Below are positions 1-13,625 of a DNA stretch of 64,000 bases, in pieces. The stretch's first letter is position 1, and each line of letters begins with the position of its first letter. This stretch comes from Rebecca billardiae RCC1528 (Eukaryota; Protista; Haptophyta): assembly GCA_965240325.2 (NCBI GenBank), contig OZ251224.1, positions 930,001-994,000 on the forward strand, read 5' to 3'. Made by a program: the position numbers and the translations under genes. The notes under the pieces were generated by a model that ran no database searches, was not told the origin of the DNA, and worked only from the letters and a program-made list of their open reading frames with translations.

Positions 1-991
1 ATAGACAACTTATCATTAGTAACAGGCAGCAGGCTTATCAATTATATTATTCGTCTGCTTATTGAATAAGCCGGCCGCGTAATTATACGCTGCCTGCGCA
101 GATAATGCGGCGTCGGCCGTCGGACGCGGGACGACTGAGTGAGACGAGGCTTGCATGACGAGCCTCCAGCGGGCACCACAGTAGTATCAATCAATAATAA
201 ATTTTCGGATGATCTAGGCTGTGCAGCGGGTGGCAAAATCACTGGCATGGCCATGATGCACGAACCGTCACCGGCCTGACCGTATTAAATTATCGCGATC
301 GTCATATAATTAATTATATATCATTTAAGACGACTGGTGAAGATAAACAATTATGATGTGTCAATCAGCTTGGCGACACATGGTGCTTATAATGACGATT
401 TTAAAATATTTCAATAATAGTAGTCAGCATCATCGGACGGCACTTAGCCATCAGAACGGCGGATTACTAATGCTAATAATGTCATGCAAATCACAATGCA
501 CCAATGTCCGAATGACACGGACTGCTGAGTCTCTATCTGTAGTACTTGTAACAGTTACACAGTCTAAGCGGCTGGCCCGCAACGGACGGAACTGCTTACT
601 GTGCCAGTAAATAAAGTAGTACTGTGACGAACTGACTGTACTTAAACTGTAGTAGTTACTGTAACTGGCGCAGGCATTATTACTATAAATACTATTTCGA
701 TATATTTACATTTATCCATATATATATATCAGTCTGAGCAATAATACCGACCACAATGGTGTTCATTAATTCAACAGCCGCTTCAGACAGACGACTGAGT
801 GCCATGCCTCACGCTTCCGCGGCGGCTGTCTCATCGATCGCAGTGATGGTCGACGTCGGATGGAGGTTGATCCCGGACGCTGCGCCGGGGCAGCCCGTCC
901 CCGAGCCGGCGCCGGCCGCACAGTGTCGTGACCAGCTTCTTTATGATCCGCGCCGCGGTCGGCAGGAGTGCGCGATGGCGGCACCGGCGGA

Positions 992-2276
992 TTACATGCC
1001 ACCCATCCCGCCCATCCCGCCCATCCCACCGCCGCCGCCTCCGACGACGGACTGCAGCTGCATGATCACGTTCATGATCTCGGGGTCGCCCATGTACTGC
1101 GCCATGTTGGCCGGGTTGGACATGATGTCCTGGATAGCCGCCATCACCTTTGGGTTCTGGAAAGCAGCCATCAGCTGCGGGTTCTCCATCAGCTTCTCCA
1201 TCATGCCAGGTGGGACGCCTGCCAGCAGTACAGAGGGAGGGGGCAGCACGCAGCAAGGGTCGCGCGGTGGACCGGCGTCAGCACTGGGCTGCGGGCATGG
1301 GACGAGCATGCGCCGCAGGTGGCGGGGACGGGCGGTGGCGCTCACCTGGCATCCCGCCCATGCCCGGCATCCCGCCCATGCCCGGCATGCCGCCCATGCC
1401 CGGCATGCCGCCCATGCCCGGCATGCCGCCCATGCCCGGCATGCCGCCCATGCCCGGCATACCACCGGGGAATCCACCACCACCACCCGACGACGACGAG
1501 CCTGCGCTGCGCTTGGCCTGCTCCTCGCGCCACTTCTTGTCACGCGCAGCGCGCTTCTGCTTGCGCACGTGCAGCTGCTGCACCTTGCCGCCGACAAACT
1601 TGTTGACCGCCTCGGTGTCCTCGTCGAAGTCGATGCGCTGGCCAGCCGCAAGATCCGACTGCGCGAGCTCCCACTCGCCCAGCATGCGATAGGCCTTCCC
1701 TCGGCACTTGAGCGCAGTGGCGGAGTCGGCGTTGAGCGCAAGGGCCGCGTTGCAGTCACGGATCGCAGCGTTCGGCTTCTTCAGCTTGGCGAAGATGGCG
1801 CCACGCTTGGCATAGGCGAGCGCTGATGGCGCGAGCTTGATCACCTCGGTGTACTTAGCGATCGCGCCGTCGAGATCGCCGGCCTCGAGCAGCTCCACGG
1901 CCTGCATCTTGAAGGGCATGGACTGGTCGCGCATCTCGTCAGTCACCTCGACGCTCGGATCGCCCATCTCCGCGGGCTCGTCCTCGTCGGGCTCGACGCG
2001 GCCGGGGTCCTCCTCCTCCTCCTCCTCCTCGCTTTCCGGCGGTGGAGCCGGAGGAGCGCTGTGCGGAGCGGCCCCACCGATGCCGGGGTCGACGTCCTCG
2101 AGCTCGGGCATCTCGTCGGACTCGTCATCTGACGCATCCGCTTCGGGGATGCGGAACGACTTCAGGAAGGTCTTGAGGAAGTCGAGCTCCGGGTCGTGGA
2201 TAAGGGACGGGCCTGCTTGCACCTCCGCCAACAGCTCCTTCGCCGCCTTCACCAGCTGGGGCTGCTTCAGCCCCAT
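992..2276 (-). CDS. ST13: Hsc70-interacting protein (HIP/ST13): dimerisation domain, TPRs, GGMP repeats, STI1/DP domain; exons 2276-1346 and 1218-992
   Basis: N-terminal 'PSLIHDPELDFLKTFL', acidic stretch, TPRs ('AKRGAIFAKLKKPNAAIRDCNAALALNADSA'), (GMGGMP)n. Intron 1219-1345 (GTGAG...GGCAG) joins in frame to the STI1 domain 'NPQLMAAFQNPKVMAAIQDIMSNP'. Confidence 0.93.
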
Positions 2277-2494
2277 CGCGCACCGTCCTATATCGCGCGG
2301 AGACGGTCCTGTCCAACCGCGCGCGCGACCTGACAGCGAGGAGCGCGCCGCCCTGACCGTGCACGCGTCCAAGTCGCCAGCTGTGCTACGCGCGAACGAA
2401 TATTATATTGCGGTCGAAAAGACGAAAACGCGCATTTTCGCCGGCGCTGGGCGCCAAGCGCGCCACGCGTGCGCACTGCGCAGCCATTGTCATC

Positions 2495-3046
2495 ATGCTG
2501 TCGCGGTGGTGTCTGCGTGGCCGCGCGCTCTCGACATCGTCGGACCCGGCTAAGTGGCGCGGCGCCGTGGAAGGCCCCTTGGAGGCAGTTTCGGGGTTCG
2601 TGTGGGGCCCGATCAAGCGCCGCGGTGACAACGCGTGGGTGGCTGAGAAGGCCGCACCGAAGCGCGGGCGCCGGCTCCTCACCGAGCTGCAGCACGAGAT
2701 GGAAGCAAAGTCGTACACGGCAGAGCCTTGGCGAAAGATGACGCACTTCCGCTCGGGCGACGGTGTGCTGGTGCGCTACGTCACTTCGCTCACGCAGAAG
2801 AAGGAGAACGTCTTTCGCGGCCTTTGCGTCGGCAAGAAGCGCACAAACGGCTGGGCGGCAGGCTTCTGGGTGCGCAACATTGTGGCGGGCGAAGAAGTGG
2901 CTGTCTACTTCAAGACGCTGTCGCCAATGTTGCGAGGGGTGGAGGTGACGAGGAAACGCGTGTTCAAGGCAAAGACGAACAAGCTAAACTTCATGGCCGG
3001 GCGCTTCCGCAAGTTTGTCAAGGGTCGCTCGCTACCTTCGATGTAA
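2495..3046 (+). CDS. MRPL19: Mitochondrial ribosomal protein bL19m
   Basis: Arg/Ser-rich presequence 'MLSRWCLRGRALSTS'; L19 core 'FRSGDGVLVRY...FRGLCVGKK...FWVRNIVAGEEVAVYFKTLSPML'. Confidence 0.85.
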   Translation: MLSRWCLRGRALSTSSDPAKWRGAVEGPLEAVSGFVWGPIKRRGDNAWVAEKAAPKRGRRLLTELQHEMEAKSYTAEPWRKMTHFRSGDGVLVRYVTSLTQKKENVFRGLCVGKKRTNGWAAGFWVRNIVAGEEVAVYFKTLSPMLRGVEVTRKRVFKAKTNKLNFMAGRFRKFVKGRSLPSM

Positions 3047-3478
3047 CCATGTCCCGACTGTCGCGTTGGCCCGGGCTACAACTTAGAGTCGTCACTTTGG
3101 CAACGCCCCACTGCGGCTCATCAGATGATCATCCCGGCGGATCCATGATGTGACCGTTGATGTCGTCGGCTCTCCCGGTGAGGCCGTGACGGTAGGGCCC
3201 TGGCACTCCGATGCTGAACTGCACTGCATGCTTCTGTGAGTATATTCAGCGGAACTCAACTGAGTTCTACAATACAGTAGACGAAGGTCAGGAACCGCGG
3301 CGTACGTCGACCAAGCTCAGAGCACGAAAGCACTCTCAAGCAGCGGGCGCGCGGCGGCGCGCGCCCCCGCTCGCTCGGCCAGCGCTCCAAATTGATGATG
3401 GCTGTCACGAAAATAATAATCGGACATCCAGACCGCCCAGACGCGGCCACGCGGCGAGCGATCGTGGACGTCGTCGTC

Positions 3479-4414
3479 ATGCACAGCGTCATCGTCGTCG
3501 CCGCAGCCCTTGGCAGTTTCGGCCTGGCGCGGCCGAGCGAACGGCTCGCGTCGTCGCGCGCGCCAGCACGATCTCGCGTGAGGATGGCAGGGCCCATCCG
3601 CGCTGTCGAGGTCTGCACTTCGGACGTGGACAAGCTCGCGTCCTTCTACGAGGCGTGCTTCGGCATGTCGAGGAAAGCGGACTCTGCGGATCTAAAGTGC
3701 GCAGAGGTGGGCTACGAAGGGGACGACGTGTGCCTGAAGGTGGTCGAGCGCGACAGCTTCCGCATCGGCGAAGGGCTTGGCGCCATCGCCGTGTACGCCG
3801 ACGACATCGATCAGGTGGCGGGTCGCGTCGAGGTGCGTGGTGGGATGGTTCTCGCTGCTCCGCAGAAGTGCACCGTCGGCCCGAGTAAGATTCCGGACGA
3901 GCCCAAGGGCACGGTGCACGAGACGTACGAGGCGCTTGTCGCCGACCCCGAGGGCTACCGCTTCCGCCTGATTCAGCGCGCTGGCTCCCCGGGCAAGATT
4001 GTGAAGGTCGTGCTGTGCGTAACCAACCTCGAGCACTCGACTGAGTTCTACTCCGAGCTGCTTGGCATGCGCGTGCTGCGCTGGCGATCAAACCTGTCGT
4101 CCGACCCCATGTCGACGTCGCTCACCGTGCAGCTCGGCGAGGTGGGCGCCATCGCCGAGGGCGTCGTCCTCGAGGCGGCCCCCGACGATGCGCCCAAGTC
4201 CGCGCTGCTCGAGCTCCAGTACCCGTTCAACACGCGCAAGATTGACGTGGGCGATGGCGGCGCTGGCCGGCTCACGATCGCCGCGGCCGAGGCTGGGTCG
4301 AAGGCTCAGCGGGCGCCGTCGGCGTACGGTGAGCTCATTGACGGGCCTGGCGCCTCGGGAGACACTCGCCTTCGCGATCCCGACGGTTACGAGCTCCTGC
4401 TGGTCGAGGCATGA
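3479..4414 (+). CDS. Glyoxalase/VOC-fold protein (two VOC modules), probable bipartite plastid presequence
   Basis: 'SFYEACFGM', 'DPEGYRFRLI', 'VTNLEHSTEFYSELLGM', 'LLELQY', 'RDPDGYELLL'; hydrophobic signal followed by an Arg/Ser-rich transit-like segment. Confidence 0.8.
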   Translation: MHSVIVVAAALGSFGLARPSERLASSRAPARSRVRMAGPIRAVEVCTSDVDKLASFYEACFGMSRKADSADLKCAEVGYEGDDVCLKVVERDSFRIGEGLGAIAVYADDIDQVAGRVEVRGGMVLAAPQKCTVGPSKIPDEPKGTVHETYEALVADPEGYRFRLIQRAGSPGKIVKVVLCVTNLEHSTEFYSELLGMRVLRWRSNLSSDPMSTSLTVQLGEVGAIAEGVVLEAAPDDAPKSALLELQYPFNTRKIDVGDGGAGRLTIAAAEAGSKAQRAPSAYGELIDGPGASGDTRLRDPDGYELLLVEA

Positions 4415-5106
4415 GCCCTCCCTCTGGACTGCACGGGCACTCGCTGAGTTGGGCTCTACGCGGTGATCGTGGCTGTTCGGCTCACCCCAGCTTCGCTGCA
4501 CACGCGATCTGGCGGAGTGTCGAGCCGAATGCCGCTGCACCACACGGCATGGGCAGCCCGTCGATCGTGGCGCTCACACCCCGCGATCTCGCGGCTCGGA
4601 GCATTGTGCCATGATCGATGATGGGTCACCGCCCGGCGAGCATCCGCCTTCCTCATTCCTGCACAACGCCAACGCCAACGGACACGGTTCCGAATCCGAA
4701 CGTTACTAGTCAAGCTACGGCGGAACGTATGAGGTCCCGAAGTAATGCGGCCGCACGCCGTCCGTCGTTGCAGTAACAGCCAGTAACTTGACTGCTAACT
4801 AGCGGCCATGTGAACGTTGACGCCGGAAGGTCGGACTGCGTACAGTCGGCCGCATCGGGTGCTTGCGCCGTGACCGTGTGGCGCGGGCGGCAGGCTGGCC
4901 AGGCCTGGGAAGGGCTCGTCGGCGCGAGGCCACAGCCACAGGCCGCAGATGGGCTGCTGCTAGGACGTGAGCTCGACAGCCAGTCCGCCAAAAGGAAACA
5001 CAGCAGTCGTAGCAGCTCGGACAGCGGCGGGTTCGGGTGCTGCGCCGTCTGCTGGGCGGCGGCGCGTCTGATCCCGCGCCCGCGCCCCGCACGCGCACGG
5101 GCAGCC

Positions 5107-7428
<2,322 letters not shown>

Positions 7429-7641
7429 TCATTCACTCATTCCGGCCAAGTCCGCCAGTCCGGCCCGGTTTCGGCGGCGCTCCGAACGAGGCCAATCTCC
7501 AAATCGATGGCTGCGCTTCGAGCGCCAAAGCCCAATAAAGGCCCGCGCTCACGGGGAAACCCCCATTCCCTTCGGCCTGCCTACTCTGTCCTGCGCGGGC
7601 CACCCCACCCCGTCGCACCTTCTCGGGTGCACCCGCGACGC

Positions 7642-9378
7642 ATGCCGAGGAAGCGGCCGCAGTCGGCGACGGAGGGCGCGCCGTCCGCGGCGCCGGATGG
7701 CCAGCACGCCAAGACCCAAGGCGGCGCAGGGGCGCCGGCCAGGCCCGCGCCCGCGCCCAGCGAGCGCGAGCGCAAGCAGCGCGAGTACGAGGCGGGCCGG
7801 CTGAGCCTTGAGCTGTTTCCGGACCAGGCGTGCGTGTGCCCAGACGCCCCGCCGGCGCCTGGCGGCCCGCCTCGGCGCGAGAACTTCTATGCCTTCTTCC
7901 GCGACCCGAGCTGGCACCCCACGAGCGCCCCAACCATCGACGTCGCGCAGCCGGCGCCGGCCGAGCCGCCGGCGCACGACCGCGCCGCTCGCCGCATGGA
8001 TTGGTCACGCTCCCTCGTGGCGCAGAGCATCGAGCTCTTCCAGGAGGCAGGCGTGCCGCTCGCATTGGGTGACCTTGCGCCAAAGCAGGTGGGTGGGACT
8101 GACCTCGAGCCCATCTTCACCAACGAGGCTGCCGGCAGCAAGGTGCGCCGGATGGCGCGCGAGCCGTCGCGGGTGGTCCTCGCTGGTGGCGCTGTCATCG
8201 ACGAGGCGCAGCTCGGCGGCGAGCGCTCTCGCATCATGCTGAAGCGCAGGCTCGACGGCGCGCGCAAGGGTGTCCTCCGCCTGGACGGCAGCCGCGCCCA
8301 CGACCACCTCGTCCGGCTGAACCGCAAGGCGATCGCCTCGCACCAGGGCCACAAGCTGGCCGGCATCGGCAGCGCCGCCTACACAGAGCCGAGGGCGGCC
8401 GCGTCGCTCGACCGGCCGATCTGGTCGGCGAAGCAGATCTCGCGCTGGGAGGGCAAGTGGCCCGTGCTGCCAGACCGCCGGGCCGCGCACGCGCAGGAGC
8501 CCAATGCGCAGGCGCAGGCCGTGAACGACGTCGCCGATGACGACGCGGCCCACGCCTCTGCCACGGCCGCGCGGCGCGCGTCCATCCAGCAGCGCTCGAG
8601 CACCGGCGACGGCGCCGGCGCGCCGGCCGCAGATAGCCGCCCTGCCTTGACACTTGTTGCGTCGGTCGCCGGGCTGGGCCCCCCACCAGCCCTCCTCGCC
8701 CACGCGGCCGCCATGCGCGCCCGCGAGCGTCTGGCGGAGAGCGAAGGCCTGGGTGCGCCAGCTGAGCTCCCGGCCGCTGCCGACACCGCCATGGCCGACG
8801 CCCCCGCTACCGCCGGCGGCGGCGAGCCGGCGGCGGGTGAGGACGAGCAGCCGGCGGAGGCAACGGCCCCGGGGGCCGCGCTGCCAGCCGACGGGCCGCC
8901 GGCTGCGCACACGCCTGCGGAGGCGTCCCAGCCGCCGCCGCCCATCAGGCCGCCGATAGGCCACGGCGCGGGCGGCGCGGGCGGCGAGCTCTCCGACGTG
9001 GACATGCTGTCTCCCTCGCTCTTCTCGCCTGCGGGCAGCGCGCTCACGCCCGGCTCGGCGGTGGACGAGGGCTTCGAGGGCTTCGGCGTGGAGCCCGAGG
9101 GCGCACAGTCGCCCACGCGCGACGTGGTGAACGGGCTGATGCCGTACGTGGCCGGTGACCCGTACTCGTCGTTCCCGCGCCCGACTGCGCCGCTCTACGA
9201 CTCGATCATGAAGTATCCGACCGCGCCGCGCGCCGCGCCCGAGCCGCTCCGCGCTGAGTCGTCCGCCAAGGCTGCGCAGCTCAGCCTCGCACGCGCCACG
9301 CAGCCCAAGCTCGCACCGACCGCGCTGCTGTGCGACGAGACGGTCGTCGACGGGGACGACGACGTGCAGATGTGGTGA
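7642..9378 (+). CDS. Hypothetical protein (~578 aa), basic N-terminus, largely disordered C-terminal half
   Basis: Long ORF with coding-like codon usage, divergent from LACS. The stop overlaps a GTGAGT donor-like site (9375), so the 3' end may be spliced further. Confidence 0.6.
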   Translation: MPRKRPQSATEGAPSAAPDGQHAKTQGGAGAPARPAPAPSERERKQREYEAGRLSLELFPDQACVCPDAPPAPGGPPRRENFYAFFRDPSWHPTSAPTIDVAQPAPAEPPAHDRAARRMDWSRSLVAQSIELFQEAGVPLALGDLAPKQVGGTDLEPIFTNEAAGSKVRRMAREPSRVVLAGGAVIDEAQLGGERSRIMLKRRLDGARKGVLRLDGSRAHDHLVRLNRKAIASHQGHKLAGIGSAAYTEPRAAASLDRPIWSAKQISRWEGKWPVLPDRRAAHAQEPNAQAQAVNDVADDDAAHASATAARRASIQQRSSTGDGAGAPAADSRPALTLVASVAGLGPPPALLAHAAAMRARERLAESEGLGAPAELPAAADTAMADAPATAGGGEPAAGEDEQPAEATAPGAALPADGPPAAHTPAEASQPPPPIRPPIGHGAGGAGGELSDVDMLSPSLFSPAGSALTPGSAVDEGFEGFGVEPEGAQSPTRDVVNGLMPYVAGDPYSSFPRPTAPLYDSIMKYPTAPRAAPEPLRAESSAKAAQLSLARATQPKLAPTALLCDETVVDGDDDVQMW

Positions 9379-10673
9379 GTCGGTTTCGTCGGCAAGGCAT
9401 CGGATGCCAATGATTGCCATGCCCCCCGGCGGCATGGCAGTGTCGTCGGCATGGCTATGGTGGCTCGGATGTTCAAAGGCATTCTAATCATGTCGTCTCA
9501 TGACGCGACTTCATTTTGTCTGCTAGCTAATATACTGCTCATGCTGCCATATTGTTCTTACTGTTATATATTAACGACGTGGTAAGTGCAACGGGCAGGC
9601 CGTCAGAGTCAGCAAGCTGTAGCGGCAGATCGAGCAGCAAAGACAAACACCAGGATCAGCGCTCCTCGCCGTCGTCCCCCCCCCCTCGTAGTCGCCCATC
9701 ACTCCATCGCCGAGCGGAAGCTCGACGCACCGTCTGGCGTCGACGCGCGCGCGCCACCGCGGTGGTCGCGGTGCCACGCATCGTCAGCCGTCGTCTCGAA
9801 GCAGTCGTCGTACGCAGTGCCCCCGCGGGCGCGTGCCCCCGGGCGCACGTGCGCCATGCGCGCGCGGGCGATGAGCATCTTGGCCTGGCCACGGAGGCAG
9901 CGCATGCCCAGCTCGCGCCGATATATATGTAATCATCATCAATACCGATATTTACGTACGTACACCAACTTGTCGGCAGCGCTGGCACGTTGTCGGGCCG
10001 CGCGCGGCACGGATGATGAACGGGCAACGGCGCAGGCGTGGCAGGCATAAGCAACAGGAGCTGCCGAGACTGCGTCGGCCGCGCCTGCCCGCAGTCGTAT
10101 CGAGCGAGGCTACGCGCACTCAAACATCTCCTAGTCCGTGCACGAGCGTTGTTCGCCATCGACCTCGGACTAGTGTGCCGGGGAGGCGTCGCCTGTCGTC
10201 ACTCGTAGATCGTCCGCCGACGAAGGGTCTAGGAGCGTTGAGGGCCTGCAGGATCAACCGATGGAGAGATACTGCTGTGTATCCTCCCACAAGCGACGCT
10301 TCGGGGCAGATGTTCGAGAGATCGGACGATCAAGCGAAAGTCATAGGTTGCAATTTTAGGCCCACTACGGCGAGACTTACTCACGTCATTAACAGAAGGT
10401 TACCCGCTGCTCAACTTTCGGCCCCCTGGAGCGACGTTTCGACCAATGGCGCGCGTGGGATGAAAGAAAGGTTCTCTGATCTCGCGTAATTCTGGCGCTG
10501 GGGCTCAGGAACGCAGCGATATTGACGATATTTGATATTATTAAAAATATTATTGCGCCACTGATGCTGATGATGCTCAGATGTCGATCATCGACGAAAT
10601 CGGCCGGCCAGACGTCTGGCCGTACTATTAGTTAGCGGTCGTCGATCTGACGAACCGCGTCACGATGGGCCGC

Positions 10674-12526
10674 ATATGACCGCGCGCGTTCCGCGGTCTT
10701 AGAATCACTCAATTCCGTAGAACCAGCGTAGTTAGGGGCCCGCGGTGCAACCTCCGTCGGCTGCGCCTGCTGTCGATCAGTGTGACTGACATGGCGGGCC
10801 GAGGACTGTCGCCGCGTGCCGCGCGGCGAGAAGCGCGGCCGCCGGGGCGGCGCGCGCGCGCAGGGCGAGAGGCGCCGCGCGCGGCGCGGGCCGGCGCGTG
10901 CGGGCGTGCGGGCGCACCTACTACTGCTTAAGGTGCTCGCGCTGCGCCACTGCGCTCGACGACGGGCCGCTGGTCGCTCAGCCGGCGCGCCTCGTGCCGG
11001 CAGAGCGAGAGCGCGCGCCACTGCCAGCGGGCACTGCTGCGGCCCCGGCCTGCGCTGCGCAGCCGCGCACCGATCGATCGCCAGTGACTAGTGAGGCGCT
11101 CGAGACCGAGCGGAGCTCGGAGTGGAACGAGGCGAGCAGCGCGTCGCGCCTGCCGCCGCGCGTGCGCCGCGGGCGGCCGTGCGCGCCTGCTCCACCGCGC
11201 CGCCGTGCAGCGTGCTCGCCCGCCGCCTCCTCGTCCGCCGCGTCGGCCTCGAAGCCACGGCGGCGGCCAGCCAGCGCGGCAGGCTGACAATCGGCAGCCC
11301 GTGGCCGTGCGTGCTCGCCGAGTTGCTGCTGCTGCACCTCCGGCGCCGGTCGACGACCGAGTTGAGTGAGGAGGAGCCTCGCGCTCGGCGTCGAGGAGCG
11401 AGCTCGCAAGCTCGAGCTCGCCTTTCAGCCGCGCTAGCTCCCGGGGCGCATCCGGCTCATCTATCTGGCCGCTGCGGCGTGCCGTCGCGGCGCGCTCCCG
11501 TCCTCATTCCTCAAGCGACGAGCTCGCGTAGTGCTCCGGACTCGGCTCGCCCTTGCGCGCTCCTCCTCGGGCGACGAACGCGCCCGCGGGCAGGTTGTTG
11601 GGCGCGCGCCGTCGACTCGGCGTGACTCGGCCACGCGGCCCGGCAAGACGACACGGACCGGTGGGCGCGCTCGGTGAGAGCGGAGCGCGAGGGCCGGGCG
11701 AGACGGAGTAGACGCGGGGCCTGCGAGGCGACAGGCGCGCTCGGGGAGAGCAGAGTGCGAGGGCGAGAGGCAGCGGCCGGCCGGCCCCCACCACCACCTT
11801 GCGCACCGCGGCGTACTGCGGCGGCACGCGCACGCACGGTCCCCGGTCCGAGTCAATCAAGGGCTCCACGTCGCGGCACGCGCCGGCGCGTACCGGCGCG
11901 AGTCGTCAAGGGCCTTGCCCCATAGTGCAATTTCGTCTGCTGTATATTCGTCACGAATACCCTACGGAGTGATCATCTTTTGTCTGCAGTGCGCCCTCTA
12001 GCTGTAGTGGCTTCCGCGGGAACCATGTCCATCATTTACGACCATGCACGTTCAACCCGCGTATCGTCGCAGAAGATTGATTGAACGGGAACCCCCGGCC
12101 TTGGTAGAATACCCTGCTACTGTAGGACCCCCGTGTACATGCACTTTTAAACAACACGTCCGGCCCTGGGTGGCCCGGTTGGTCCCGGACTGGCGACCAA
12201 GTTTTGTTCCGTATGAATATTTACAACAAATCGCAGCTAGATATTCGTTCACTACCCAGATATACTGACAAATGCACGTCCACAGGCTCACGTCCGTCCG
12301 TAGATACAGGAATTGGAGCGGGCGCGGCTATTTCGTCAATCGCGTCTTGCTAATGGAGAGCAATGGGCTGCCAATGTACCCCTCGAAAAAGCGAAAACTC
12401 ACCCTCCAACAGCCCTCAAAATCGTCCCCCGTCCCCTTTTCTTTGATCAAAAGATCTTTTTTACGACGTAGTGAGGGCCCCCGGCGGGGCTCCACGCTAC
12501 GCGCTCCGCCCTACACCGCGGGCCAT
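10674..12526 (-). mobile_element. Helentron/Helitron2-like non-autonomous element, copy A
   Basis: Inverted repeats GGCCCGCGGTGCA (10737-10749) and TACACCGCGGGCC (12512-12524). Terminal hairpin GACCGCG...CGCGGTC (10678-10698) lies outside the sub-TIR. Both ends are homologous to 37985-40249. Confidence 0.7.
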
Positions 12527-13163
12527 TCATGACTAAATCACAGTGATGATGTCATATCATCATCAGTGTCATGCGCAGCATTTAATGTCACTACTGCTAC
12601 ATAGCAGTACATTATTACACCGAACTCATCGCGATGATCCGCGCGCTGGCGAACATGCAGACTCGTCAATCATCACTCGACTGACTCGTCACGACTGGCA
12701 GCAATAACTCGACGGATTATTATATGAGTCGGACGGCGGTCGACGCCGGCCCGCCGGCGGGTCACGCCGGGACGCCGGCGTCGTCACCGCTTGGGCCCGA
12801 CTGGCCGACAGCCAAAACTCGGACCAACAGCAGTCGACACTCCGCACTCGTGTCTCGTCACTTGACACAGACTAGCTAGCTTATTGTACACCCTACAGAG
12901 TCAGAACTCGTCCGGTGCGACCGGTGCCCGACGTCGCGCGACGACTCCCGACGTCGGACGTGACTGTCGTGAGTCACCGGTGAGACTGACTAGTAGACAC
13001 TAGAATCATATTATTATATTTATTTATCAGCATACGCGCGCATATATATATATATATATTAATAATAATATCGTCGGACGACATTATTAACTACTACTGT
13101 AAGACTCGCGATCATCGTCTAGCAGGATAGAGGCATTTATAGGCCAGCAGAGTCAGGCACGGA

Positions 13164-13585
13164 TCAGACGCCGTACCACCCACCGCGCGCGCGCGAGCCG
13201 CCTCCACCTTCGACGGGCAGTGTCAGATCGTAGCGCCGGCGTTTATCGGCGTCGCCCAGGATGTCGTACGCTGCCTGGATCTGAACAAACGTGTCGCTCT
13301 GACCGCCATTTTTGTCTGCGCGGCGGCGGCGCACGGCGCACGAGTGGGCGCGCGCGGATGAGAGAGCGTGTGAGCGGTGTCGCGCGCGCGCGCTCCGCGG
13401 TGGGCCGCATCGCGCGCGCACCTGGGTGGTGCTTGAGCGCCAGCTTGCGGTACGCCTTTTTGATCTCGTCGAGTGTGGCGCCGCGCGCGACGCCGAGGCT
13501 CGCGTAGTGCGTGGCCACGCTGCGCGCTGCTGCGTGGCTGGCCGCGTGGTCGCGCGCGTCATGCCAAGCGCGCCGCCAGCGCGAG

Positions 13586-13625
<40 letters not shown>

